From: Flavobacterium sp.
Lineage (GTDB): Bacteria; Bacteroidota; Bacteroidia; Flavobacteriales; Flavobacteriaceae
Reading direction: 5' to 3'
Assembly (NCBI GenBank): GCA_031422015.1
Contig: JANOPO010000081.1
Span: 2,981 to 66,980, forward strand
Length of the DNA: 64,000 nt
The notes beneath the pieces were generated by a model. That model was not told the origin of the DNA. It ran no database searches and worked only from the letters and a program-made list of their open reading frames with translations. This document shows, in pieces, positions 31,599-41,530 of this stretch. Numbering within the stretch: position 1 is the stretch's first letter; the number at the start of each line of letters is the position of its first letter. The translations under genes and the position numbers were made by a program.

Positions 31599-32519
31599 TT
31601 AGAAATATCTAGGAGATTGGTATACTTTTTTACTGAAATTTAGATCAAATAAAAGTATAAATTCATGTGAGGAAGGTGTAGCAACTTTAAGATCTGAAAT
31701 GATATGATCGTAAGCATATCCTATTCTTAAACTTGGAGAAATCGCATAATTAACCATAGCTCCAAAACTATCTTCTAGTCGGTAAGTTGCTCCTACTTCA
31801 AACTTATTATTAAACAAAAAATTTGTGGAAACATCAAATGAAGTCGGGGCATTAAAAGCAGATTTTACCATTGCAAAAGGTTTAAACTTAGTATTTGGAG
31901 AAATGTCAAATACGTAACCACCTGTCAAAAAATAATGGGAAGTTTCAGATCCGAATTTTTTACCGTTAAAATCTAAATGAGCGGTTTTTAGTAAGTTAGG
32001 TACCGAAAAAGCTACATAATACTTATTTGTATAATAAAAAACACCTGAACCAACATTCAAAAATGTATTACTTGTGTTCTCTGCAAACGCATCATCATTG
32101 GGGTCTGGAACATACTTCTGACCAATATCAAACAATCCAACTTTATGAAAGGTGGCTCCAGCTTTAATACCAAATGCTAATTTATGTTCGCCAGATAATT
32201 GCAATGTATATGAAAAATCACTAAAGACGTTTGTTTCTTCAACTGGCCCAATTTTATCAGATATTATAGAAAGTCCTGCACCTACATTTTTACCAACTGG
32301 CATCGATCCAGAAAACGAAAAAGTTGATGGTGCATCTTCAATTTCTACCCATTGCTTTCTTCCCAAAAGTCCAAAACTTAAACTTTCTTTAGAACCAGCA
32401 TATGCAGGATTTATGACATTCATATTATACATATACTGCGTATAATGTGGGTCTTGTTGCGCTTCTGTATTTAATATTGAAAAAAACACTAGAAATAAAG
32501 TACTATAAATTTTATTCAT
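31599..32519 (-). CDS. PorP/SprF-family T9SS outer membrane protein
   Basis: QQDPHYTQYMYNMNVINPAYAG, RKQWV, GYAYD and SHEF...SPRYF motifs. Confidence 0.93.
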   Translation of the reverse strand: MNKIYSTLFLVFFSILNTEAQQDPHYTQYMYNMNVINPAYAGSKESLSFGLLGRKQWVEIEDAPSTFSFSGSMPVGKNVGAGLSIISDKIGPVEETNVFSDFSYTLQLSGEHKLAFGIKAGATFHKVGLFDIGQKYVPDPNDDAFAENTSNTFLNVGSGVFYYTNKYYVAFSVPNLLKTAHLDFNGKKFGSETSHYFLTGGYVFDISPNTKFKPFAMVKSAFNAPTSFDVSTNFLFNNKFEVGATYRLEDSFGAMVNYAISPSLRIGYAYDHIISDLKVATPSSHEFILLFDLNFSKKVYQSPRYF

Positions 32520-32577
32520 TTTCTACGACATTTATTTTGAAGTTACTAGCAAATAGTAAACTACTTTGATTTAATTT

Positions 32578-35500
32578 TTATTGTTCTCTATTAATATAAA
32601 TCCAACCTGTTTTTGATTTTTCATCAGCTAGATCAATCACATAAAAATAGGTGCCATCAGGTAGTTCTTGATCACTATTCGATTGTCCATACCATTCTTT
32701 TTCATAATCATTTTTTGCATAAACTACAGTTCCTAATCTATTAAATATTTGCAATTTAGTAACATTAAGTCCCTCTAAACTAAAGAAGTCATTTTTACCA
32801 TCGCCTCCATTTATTCCTTTTGGCGAAATACCTCTTTGTATGGTACAAGATACCGAGTTGGCATCAAAAGGCTCTGTAAAGGAGCAGCCAACTGTATTTG
32901 TTATTTTACAGGTATAAATTCCTGACAGCATCACAGTTATCGATTGTGTGTTTCCAACTGTTACTCCGGATGAATTTGTCCACAAATATGTAGCTGTACT
33001 TGGATCATAAGTTGCTCCAGTAGATGGTTGTGTTTCAATTATATATTTCCCAGCCAAACAGCCGCCTTGAATTACAAAATCGGGAACAATTTTAATGTTT
33101 AGTTCAACTGGTAATCTTTCAAAACTCTTACAATTAGTAGTGGTATTTACTGTTTCTGCATAAAACATAGATGATCCAACCGTATTTATAGACGGTGCAC
33201 TTGCTAGTGGAGTTCCCGCTGTTGATGCTGTATACCAAACAATTGTTGTGCCCGTAGGCACAATTGCCGATGCAGTTAACGTTTGTATGTTTGGCGATGA
33301 CGCACAAGAACTAAATATTCCATTAAGGTCAACTGTTGGCTTTGGTACTTCAGGATAAATTTCTAAAGTAACCTTTAGTCTTGTTGGACTTGAACAGCCA
33401 TTAAGTTGACTTTCTGCATAATAATCAATACTATTTATTGTGTTTAAAGCTGGTGCAATAACACTAGTACCGCCAACTGCAGCAGTCCACCATACTATTT
33501 GTGATCCTGCAGTACTACTTGTAGCCGTTGGCAAAATGGTTTGTATCGGATTTTGTAAACATTGTCGATCAGTTACTAATAACGATGTTGGGATTGCAGG
33601 AATAGGTTTAATTTCAAGTGTTACTTTGGTTCGCGTCAAACTTTTACAGAGTGTACCGTCTGCAATACTTTCAGCATAATAATCTATCATACCAATTGAA
33701 TTTAATAGTGGTAAACCAGCAATTGGTGATCCGCCAGTTGCTTCCAAATACCATGCAACTGTTGTGTCTGCAATTGGAGTTACAGAAGCAGTTAATGTTT
33801 GTGCAGGATTTTCTGCACAAGCTACAAAAACACCCAAAGGATCAACTATTGGTGCTAGCGGTACTGGATAAATTTGTAAAACTACAGGGGTTCGGACAGC
33901 ACTTCTGCATCCTGGAGAACCAGCTGATCCTGCAATTGTTGCAAAATCAATAACAGTATCCAAAGTACTTGCAGAAGATAAGGTAAGATTAAATACTGCA
34001 TTTGTTCCCTCTACACCAATAGCATTTGTTATAAATAAAGTTGGTAAAGTTCCAATTTCGGTAATAGTGGCAACACCAGAAGCAGATGAATTTGTAGTAT
34101 TTGTAGAGGTTATTGTTGCATTAATCGCAAAAGTCTCATTAACTTCTGTTTCAATATCAGTCGTGGTTTGAATAGGTACAGTAATTGAAGTGCTACCTGC
34201 AATAATTGTTACTGTTGTAGTAGTTGATGTATAATCAAGACTCGACGCCGTACCATCGACAGTAACTAAATCTATAACTGTATTACTCACGCTAGGATTA
34301 CTTAATGTTACTACAAAATTTGCAATGCTTCCTTCTTGTACAGTAGGGCTGTTAATTGTAACTGTACTTGCAGCAGCATTATCTGTTATACTTCCAGTAG
34401 CCGTTGCCGTTATATTTGCGGTATTAGCAGATGTAACCGTACAGGCCAAGTTGAAATTTTCAGTTTGCTCTTGTAAAGCATCTGTTAATAATGCAACTTC
34501 AATCGTTGCAGCGGTTTGACCAGCAGGAATAATTATTGAAGATGATAAATTGATATAATCCAAATTTGGAGAAATACTTTCAGCATAATAAGTGATTGCA
34601 CCCAACTGATTTCTTGAAGGATTATTTACAATGTTACCTGCAAATGGTGCGTCAAACCATTCCACGTCAACGCCAATAGGTAGTATTGGAGTAATTGTTT
34701 GAATAGGATTCATCTCACACTCTTTAACATCCGATATAACAGGAGCTGTTGGTAGTTGAATAACAATTAATTTTAGTGGAACCACACTAAAGCAGGTCTC
34801 CAGAATATTGCTTTCAACCCTTATATAAATAGTTTGTCCAAATTGAACTGTATTTGTAAATGGCGAACCAAATAAAGCGCCAGAAGCATCAGCAATTGCA
34901 GCCGCTTCTGTTAAGTGATAGGTCAAAGTATAAAGTGCTGGATCTAAAATTCCTAAAATTTGTGATGCCTTTGTTTGCATATCAAAAATTTGAAAACCAT
35001 CAGTAATTACATCGCTACAAACCACATAATCTGAAGGTACTACCGCTTGTACTGGCGGACTTAAAACAACTACAATTACATCTTCAACATCATTAACACC
35101 GCAAGATCCTTTAACAGTATATGTTCCAGAAACTGTTGCCACGTATGTAACATTTGAAGCGTTTTCTATTAAGTTTCCATTTAAAAACCATTCGTAAGTA
35201 CTAGGCACATTTAATGCGTTTGTAACTCCTTCTACGGCGTTTAAGGTTGTTGATAATTCACATACAGACTGGTCTATACCCAAATCGACATCACAGCAGG
35301 TAGTTTCGCCAGATGCTGGTTCGCCAAAATTGGTTTGAACGAGTCGGATAAATCCCGGCAGATTACTGAAGTTTGTAACTAAAATAATATAGTATTGTCC
35401 CGCAATTGCATTATTAATAGTCAATGTTTCCGTAAAGCTCGGACTAAAACTACAATCAATAATATTTCCTGATGGATAAAAATTTGGGTTTGTAGTATTG

Positions 35501-38500
35501 TTTGGACACCCCGGAACACATGGTGCTAATAAAATTTGATCACAAACTGCAGTAGAAGCAAAAGGCCCCCAAGCAACAAAGTCAACGTCAAGGTTAGTGC
35601 CTGTAGGAAGTCCATTCTGATCAAAAACAGTATTCTGTTGTATATTGAAAGCCAAATCTCCCGTTTGATTTACTTGTAATGTGTAAAATGTTGGATTTGG
35701 AATAGAAAATAAACACGCTACTTGTGTCGGGTCGGGCAGTCCCGAAGTATTCTGATATATGTACGGGTTTTCTTCAGATGCACCACAAAAAGGAGCCGCA
35801 TTTTGACAACTAGATAATGGTTTAACACAAACATCAAATATTGTAACTTGCGTTGTTGCAGAGGTAGACCAAACTCTTATAAAATAAGTTGAATTAAGTG
35901 TCAGATTTCTAACAATTGATTGTTCTGCATTATTAGCACTACAATTTAATCGTACTAAAGCATTGCACGGCCCCGAATAAACGGCAAAATTCAGATCTGG
36001 TGTAGTTCCTACAATATTTAATAAAGAAACTATCATTGTACCAGAATTTGCGACAAAACTAAACCAAACATCATCATTTGGGGTTCCAAAACATGGGGAA
36101 TCAATAGGAGTGCCACTTAAAGCTGGCAACGAGGCTGTGGCGCCAATTATATTTCCTTGCGTAAGAAGATTACATTCTGATAAAGTATTTACGGGCACAT
36201 TTATCGCCGTACTACATTCATCATTGGTAGCCGGTGGTGGTGGCGTTCCCACACATAAAGTAAAAGCAGCAAAATTTCCAGCGATATTGCCCGCAGAATA
36301 TACTCTAACATAATATGTTGCACCTTGAGTAAGTCCTGTCGCAACAGATATTTCATTTGTATTACAGGATATTCTAACAAGTGTAGCACAGTCACCAGAC
36401 AGTAACATATAATTTAAAGGAACGGTGGCTGTGGCAGGATCAGGAAGATTATTGTAAACACTAATTGTGTGAGTTGTATTTGTTGCAACAAATTTATACC
36501 AAACATCGTCATCGGTTGTACCACATCCGGCACCAGTAAATGTTGGTAATGATAAAGTTGCACCAAGTGTATTTCCTAGTGTTTCTGTTGAACTATCACA
36601 TTGCCAAAATGGACTTATCGGAACAGTAATTGCTCCCAAACACTCGTCATTTACTGGTCTTGTTATAAATTTAACAGGATTTAACACGGTCCAATTACTA
36701 ATTTCTGTAACAGAACATAATGATCTTATATAATATTGATAGGCTTTTCCTGGTAATAATCCAGTTACAGTAAACGGGTTTGTTCCCGCTAAATAATAAA
36801 AACCATCGCCAACAACTACAGGAGCAATACCAGTTCCAACGATTGGATCACCATTAACTGGTGGGTCTTCGCCAAATGGTGTTACAAAAATTTCCCATTG
36901 ATTTGTAGTTGCTACATCTGTCCATGATAATACTGCAGTTGTGTTAGTAGTTACTAACGGATTAAAAGTCATGGCTGTTGGTTTTTGACAGCCTGAAGGT
37001 GTACAATTTCCGACGGAGTTATAAAGTACTGTTAATGGTACTTCATCTTCTAAATCGTTTTCAAAAATAACATCAGTAAAAGGATTAATTAATTCATATG
37101 ATAAATCAGCAAAATTAGTTCCTGCTACACTCCAAAAAAGATCGAATTGAACTCCTGGACAAATTGGAATATTAACTAAAGCTCCATTTATATTTGCGCC
37201 ACCTAAAGTTTGAACAACTATTCCGTTTTGTCTAACTTGCAATCTTGCTCCATTCCATGTATTGGGACCAATGCCAGTATCTGTTAAATTTAATAGTTGA
37301 ATTTGATAATTACACTTATCAATTGTTGGACATGTAACGGTATTAAATACTTTTACAGCGGTCCATTTACTTTTATCAGTAGGAGAACAAACAGTTCGAA
37401 TATAATAATAATAAATAGTCGCTGGATTTAATAATCCAACTGGAAGCGCATACGGATTTGTTCTTGGAGCATTAACCTCATGTATAATTTGTCCAGGAAA
37501 AGTTGGGTTTATTGGTACTGGGGCTGTTGGCAAAACAGGTGTTAAACTTGGGACAAATAAAATTTCCCACTTTGTATCCGTTGGTGTGCCGTTAACCCAG
37601 TTAAAAGAGGCAGTGTTTGTTGTTATTGATGCATTCACAACTGCAAAACCTGTCGGCTTAAAACAAGTTGGAATGGTTGTGAATACGCCCGGTATAGACC
37701 AAGCTGATGGATTCGGAGAGCACACAACTCTTACATAAACATTGTATGTTGTATCTGGCAAAAGTCCCGTAAAAGGAAAACTAAAAGGAGTAGTTGTAGA
37801 AGTTACTCCGGGATATAAAACGCCCGATGTCAAATTTACATCTGGTCCCGGAAAACCTGCTTCTACGATATAAATATCCCAAGAAGTAGTTGCAGGTGCA
37901 TCCCACTTGATAGTTGCACTTGTGGTTGTAAGAGTTCCTGCAACAACGGCTACATTAATTGGTGGAATATCACAAACTGGTGCATTACAATTTACCGTAT
38001 TCGCATATATTTGAAATCCGGCACTTCCTACTCCTGGTTGTTTTGTATACAAGGTTTGACCAAACGAGTTAATTATTGCAACTCTACATTGGGATGCTGC
38101 ACTACCACCAACAGACCAAAATAAATCGAAAGGAATTCCATTACATAATTCAACAGAAACATCAACAGGACCAGCTCCACCAGTGTAGGTTGGCCCAATT
38201 TCTCCAACAATTATGTTGTTTTGACGAACTAGCATTTTTGCTCCTTGCCAACCATTATTTCCAGCATCGGTCATTCTAAAAATATGTGGACATTTATCAG
38301 TCAAACATAATGGCGTATTAAATGGGTAAGGCCCTGCCCATGCACTAAATAATCCTGGAGAGCATTCAGACCGCACCCAATATTGATATCTTGTTCCAGA
38401 AGTTAAGTCTGTAGCAGTATAAGTTGGTAAACCGCCCGTAACAGTTGTTCCTGGAATACTTGGAATAACACCGCCCAATGGCTGTACTGTAATCTCCCAC

Positions 38501-39903
38501 GATGTTGAACCAGTTGGATTACTCCAATTTAACACAGCTTGAGTCAAACCTAGATCTGTTGCCGCTGGAATAGTACCAACTGGAGGATCACAATTTTCAT
38601 ATTGTAATAATAATGTATGTGCAGATGTTTGTGTTGCGGCACTTGACGAAACCAAAATATAATAGTCCTCATCTAAAACTACAGGAAAACTGTCAATAAA
38701 TCTAATAGTTGAACCTGTATTTGCAACTCCCGCCAAACACGCGGCTCCACCTGCAGTTGGACATTCAGCATAAACAAATAATGAGGTGTTAATTCCAGTT
38801 GGGGTTAATCGAATACTGATAAGTCCTGTTTGAGTTGCGGTATATTTGTAAAAAACATCATTCCCATCAGTATAGTTTGTTCCCGGAGGCAATGCACCAC
38901 AATTTGTACCTTGCGGAAAATTATAAAAATCAGAGAAAAAGCTTGAATTTGTAGTGTTTTGGTACGGAAGCGTAGTTATTGGAATTCCGAAATTACAATT
39001 TGTGCCAACAGGTAATGTTGTAAATAATTTTGGCCCTATCCAATCACTGCTATTGTCTGCTGTACAATTTGTTCTTACCCAATATTGATATACAGTGCCT
39101 GGAATTAAATTAATTAAATCTAATTCATAATTATTTGGAGTTTCCTGATTAAAACCCGGGGTAGCGACCGTAATTCCAGCAATTGTTGGAACGCCGGTAA
39201 AAGTTTGTGATCCAGCAGGAAAATAAACAACATCCCAATTTTCGCCCGGAACATCTAACCAATTTAAAGACCCAGTTGTAACGTTTTGATTTGAACTTGT
39301 TACAGAATCAGCAACAGGAGTTTGACATTTTTGCACTAAGCTTATTTTATCAACATTCCAGATTTCTCCACCAAAAGCTGCAGTTGGTTGTGTATACTCT
39401 TTTACCCAAGCCACATAAACTTGTTGCCCGAAATATGTGGTCGGAATGTCAACTTTCTTCTCTTCACAAACATTATAAACTGCATTCATCTCCTCCTCAG
39501 TCCATGTTTTCAAAACTACACTATATGCAGCCAAATTACTTTGATTAGCATTCGTAGATAATAATAATTTAAAAATTACACCTTGATTATCAGACACGAA
39601 TTGTTTAGTCAAAAAACGAATCTGACCATTAACAGGTACTGTAAATCTTGGTGATGATAAATAATCAATTGAAGTATTACCAATGCCGATCTGATCTCGA
39701 TCCATTGTTGCAGTATTATTTCCTTCACATACAAAATTAGGAACAGATCTAATTTTCCAAAATTGAAACAATCCTGCTCCAGATTGATAATAGTTCCATC
39801 CTGTTGGAAGCGTTGTGGCTGATGCTTCAAAGTTTTCGGGGAATTGTGCAAAACTATATAGGGTACAAAAAAAGGTAAATAAACTAAAAATAATTTTTCT
39901 CAT
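32578..39903 (-). CDS. Large T9SS type-B-CTD surface protein/adhesin (cleaved-adhesin-like, FN3, NDEC repeats, Calx-beta, Ig-like repeats)
   Basis: Signal peptide; FN3-like (W..P...Y.V.VR..C) units; C-terminal ISP..DGKNDFF...IFNR.G..VY....Y...W.G......LP.GTYFY CTD; sits upstream of a PorP/SprF gene. Confidence 0.9.
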   Translation of the reverse strand: MRKIIFSLFTFFCTLYSFAQFPENFEASATTLPTGWNYYQSGAGLFQFWKIRSVPNFVCEGNNTATMDRDQIGIGNTSIDYLSSPRFTVPVNGQIRFLTKQFVSDNQGVIFKLLLSTNANQSNLAAYSVVLKTWTEEEMNAVYNVCEEKKVDIPTTYFGQQVYVAWVKEYTQPTAAFGGEIWNVDKISLVQKCQTPVADSVTSSNQNVTTGSLNWLDVPGENWDVVYFPAGSQTFTGVPTIAGITVATPGFNQETPNNYELDLINLIPGTVYQYWVRTNCTADNSSDWIGPKLFTTLPVGTNCNFGIPITTLPYQNTTNSSFFSDFYNFPQGTNCGALPPGTNYTDGNDVFYKYTATQTGLISIRLTPTGINTSLFVYAECPTAGGAACLAGVANTGSTIRFIDSFPVVLDEDYYILVSSSAATQTSAHTLLLQYENCDPPVGTIPAATDLGLTQAVLNWSNPTGSTSWEITVQPLGGVIPSIPGTTVTGGLPTYTATDLTSGTRYQYWVRSECSPGLFSAWAGPYPFNTPLCLTDKCPHIFRMTDAGNNGWQGAKMLVRQNNIIVGEIGPTYTGGAGPVDVSVELCNGIPFDLFWSVGGSAASQCRVAIINSFGQTLYTKQPGVGSAGFQIYANTVNCNAPVCDIPPINVAVVAGTLTTTSATIKWDAPATTSWDIYIVEAGFPGPDVNLTSGVLYPGVTSTTTPFSFPFTGLLPDTTYNVYVRVVCSPNPSAWSIPGVFTTIPTCFKPTGFAVVNASITTNTASFNWVNGTPTDTKWEILFVPSLTPVLPTAPVPINPTFPGQIIHEVNAPRTNPYALPVGLLNPATIYYYYIRTVCSPTDKSKWTAVKVFNTVTCPTIDKCNYQIQLLNLTDTGIGPNTWNGARLQVRQNGIVVQTLGGANINGALVNIPICPGVQFDLFWSVAGTNFADLSYELINPFTDVIFENDLEDEVPLTVLYNSVGNCTPSGCQKPTAMTFNPLVTTNTTAVLSWTDVATTNQWEIFVTPFGEDPPVNGDPIVGTGIAPVVVGDGFYYLAGTNPFTVTGLLPGKAYQYYIRSLCSVTEISNWTVLNPVKFITRPVNDECLGAITVPISPFWQCDSSTETLGNTLGATLSLPTFTGAGCGTTDDDVWYKFVATNTTHTISVYNNLPDPATATVPLNYMLLSGDCATLVRISCNTNEISVATGLTQGATYYVRVYSAGNIAGNFAAFTLCVGTPPPPATNDECSTAINVPVNTLSECNLLTQGNIIGATASLPALSGTPIDSPCFGTPNDDVWFSFVANSGTMIVSLLNIVGTTPDLNFAVYSGPCNALVRLNCSANNAEQSIVRNLTLNSTYFIRVWSTSATTQVTIFDVCVKPLSSCQNAAPFCGASEENPYIYQNTSGLPDPTQVACLFSIPNPTFYTLQVNQTGDLAFNIQQNTVFDQNGLPTGTNLDVDFVAWGPFASTAVCDQILLAPCVPGCPNNTTNPNFYPSGNIIDCSFSPSFTETLTINNAIAGQYYIILVTNFSNLPGFIRLVQTNFGEPASGETTCCDVDLGIDQSVCELSTTLNAVEGVTNALNVPSTYEWFLNGNLIENASNVTYVATVSGTYTVKGSCGVNDVEDVIVVVLSPPVQAVVPSDYVVCSDVITDGFQIFDMQTKASQILGILDPALYTLTYHLTEAAAIADASGALFGSPFTNTVQFGQTIYIRVESNILETCFSVVPLKLIVIQLPTAPVISDVKECEMNPIQTITPILPIGVDVEWFDAPFAGNIVNNPSRNQLGAITYYAESISPNLDYINLSSSIIIPAGQTAATIEVALLTDALQEQTENFNLACTVTSANTANITATATGSITDNAAASTVTINSPTVQEGSIANFVVTLSNPSVSNTVIDLVTVDGTASSLDYTSTTTTVTIIAGSTSITVPIQTTTDIETEVNETFAINATITSTNTTNSSASGVATITEIGTLPTLFITNAIGVEGTNAVFNLTLSSASTLDTVIDFATIAGSAGSPGCRSAVRTPVVLQIYPVPLAPIVDPLGVFVACAENPAQTLTASVTPIADTTVAWYLEATGGSPIAGLPLLNSIGMIDYYAESIADGTLCKSLTRTKVTLEIKPIPAIPTSLLVTDRQCLQNPIQTILPTATSSTAGSQIVWWTAAVGGTSVIAPALNTINSIDYYAESQLNGCSSPTRLKVTLEIYPEVPKPTVDLNGIFSSCASSPNIQTLTASAIVPTGTTIVWYTASTAGTPLASAPSINTVGSSMFYAETVNTTTNCKSFERLPVELNIKIVPDFVIQGGCLAGKYIIETQPSTGATYDPSTATYLWTNSSGVTVGNTQSITVMLSGIYTCKITNTVGCSFTEPFDANSVSCTIQRGISPKGINGGDGKNDFFSLEGLNVTKLQIFNRLGTVVYAKNDYEKEWYGQSNSDQELPDGTYFYVIDLADEKSKTGWIYINREQ

Positions 39904-39952
39904 GGGAATGAAAATTTAAAGTGTGTGGTTTTGTTTGGTGTTTTAAGAAGTC

Positions 39953-39960
39953 CAAATTTA
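39953..39960 (-). promoter_or_regulatory. -7 element (TAAATTTG) for the adhesin operon
   Basis: Consensus match on the minus strand; a divergent -7 TAAATTTG for hflX lies at 40064-40071. Confidence 0.55.
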
Positions 39961-40087
39961 GTAATTAAAATGAAAAATCGAATTTTTATAAAGATTTTAA
40001 CTTATATAAATCCAAAAAGTATCATTTTGCTAGTATATTGTACTTTTATATTAGTGAATTGACTAAATTTGCTACTCAAAAGAAAAT

Positions 40088-41314
40088 ATGCTAGAAAAAG
40101 AAAAAACAAACTTTGAAAAAACAGTTGTTGTTGGGATTATAACTCAAAACCAAAACGAAGAAAAACTAAAAGAATATCTTGACGAACTGGAATTCTTAAC
40201 GTTTACTGCTGGTGGCGAAGTGGCGAAACGATTTTTTCAAAGATTGGATAAGCCCAATCCAAAAACTTTTCTGGGAACAGGAAAAATAGATGAGATTCAC
40301 CTTTTCGTAAAAGAACGAGGAATAACAACGGTGATTTTTGATGATGAACTATCACCATCACAACAAAAAAATATTTCTAAAATACTCGATTGTAAGGTTT
40401 TAGATCGAACAAATTTGATTTTAGATATTTTTGCACGACGTGCTGAAACATCTTATGCCAGAACACAAGTCGAATTAGCCCAGTGTATTTATCTACTACC
40501 AAGATTATCCGGAATGTGGACCCACTTGGAGCGTCAAAAAGGTGGTATCGGCCTTCGTGGTCCTGGTGAAACTGAAATTGAAACTGACCGACGTATTGTT
40601 CGTGATCGAATCGCCTTACTTAAAGAAAAAATAAAAACCATTGATAAACAAATGTCTGTGCAACGCGGCAATCGTGGTGCGATGGTTCGCGTAGCTCTTG
40701 TAGGCTATACCAATGTTGGTAAATCTACCTTGATGAATGCCATAGGGAAAAGTGATGTATTTGTAGAGAATAAGCTGTTTGCAACTCTTGACACAACAGT
40801 TCGGAAAGTCGTAATTAGGAATTTGCCCTTTTTGCTTTCAGATACTGTAGGATTTATTAGAAAACTACCAACGCAATTAGTGGATTCTTTTAAAAGTACA
40901 CTAGATGAAGTTCGTGAAGCCGATTTGCTGCTACATGTTGTGGATATTTCACATCCTGATTTTGAAGACCATATTACTTCGGTGAATAAAATTTTATTTG
41001 ATATAAAAAGTGCCGACAAGCCAACAATTATGGTGTTTAATAAGATCGACGCATACAAACATCTGACGATTGACGACGACGATTTGATGACAGAAAAAAC
41101 ATCAAAGCATTTTACGCTAGACGAATGGAAACAAACATGGATGAGCAATGTAGGCGCTGAAAATGCTTTGTTTATATCGGCTACAGAAAAACAGAATTTT
41201 GAGGAATTTCGCTCAAGAGTTTACGAAGCAGTTCGACAAATACATATTACTCGTTTTCCTTATAATAAATTTTTGTATCCTGATTATGAAGATGCAATTG
41301 AAAAAGAAGATTAG
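40088..41314 (+). CDS. hflX: GTPase HflX
   Basis: GPGETEIETDRR, VGYTNVGKST, LFATLDTT, DTVGF and NKID motifs. Confidence 0.98.
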   Translation: MLEKEKTNFEKTVVVGIITQNQNEEKLKEYLDELEFLTFTAGGEVAKRFFQRLDKPNPKTFLGTGKIDEIHLFVKERGITTVIFDDELSPSQQKNISKILDCKVLDRTNLILDIFARRAETSYARTQVELAQCIYLLPRLSGMWTHLERQKGGIGLRGPGETEIETDRRIVRDRIALLKEKIKTIDKQMSVQRGNRGAMVRVALVGYTNVGKSTLMNAIGKSDVFVENKLFATLDTTVRKVVIRNLPFLLSDTVGFIRKLPTQLVDSFKSTLDEVREADLLLHVVDISHPDFEDHITSVNKILFDIKSADKPTIMVFNKIDAYKHLTIDDDDLMTEKTSKHFTLDEWKQTWMSNVGAENALFISATEKQNFEEFRSRVYEAVRQIHITRFPYNKFLYPDYEDAIEKED

Positions 41315-41340
41315 TTGTTGACTTCTAGTTAAGATAGGCG

Positions 41341-41456
41341 TTGAAGCGAAAAGCTTTGTTGGAATTTGCCTAGAAATGTGCGTATGAGTAAGCGGCCAAC
41401 AGAAGCTCCCGCAATAGCAACATTTATTGCAAAATCGCAACAAACTTGAAGCGAAA
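41341..41456. ncRNA. Candidate structured RNA (long rod hairpin) in the hflX 3' region; a 47-aa TTG-start ORF lies on the minus strand at 41329-41472
   Basis: Nested complementary blocks with an 11-bp direct repeat TTGAAGCGAAA at both ends. Confidence 0.4.
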
Positions 41457-41475
41457 TATCGTAATCGCCCAAATA

Positions 41476-41514
41476 AAAAAAATCCCTTTAAGCAAAGACC
41501 TAAAGGGATTTTCT
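41476..41514. terminator. Bidirectional terminator between hflX and the DUF3078 gene
   Basis: AAAATCCCTTTA / TAAAGGGATTTT stem; long A run upstream gives the U tract on the minus strand. Confidence 0.85.
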
Positions 41515-41530
41515 AAATTTTAAATTTGTA

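Noticed and set aside
41213-41443. 76-aa Cys-rich minus-strand ORF
   Set aside because: It overlaps the hflX 3' end antisense and has a TTG start without support; the 47-aa frame or an RNA explains the region better.
41341-41456. SRP RNA or 6S RNA assignment for the rod hairpin
   Set aside because: No recognisable SRP helix-8 motif or 6S central bubble; left as an unnamed candidate.
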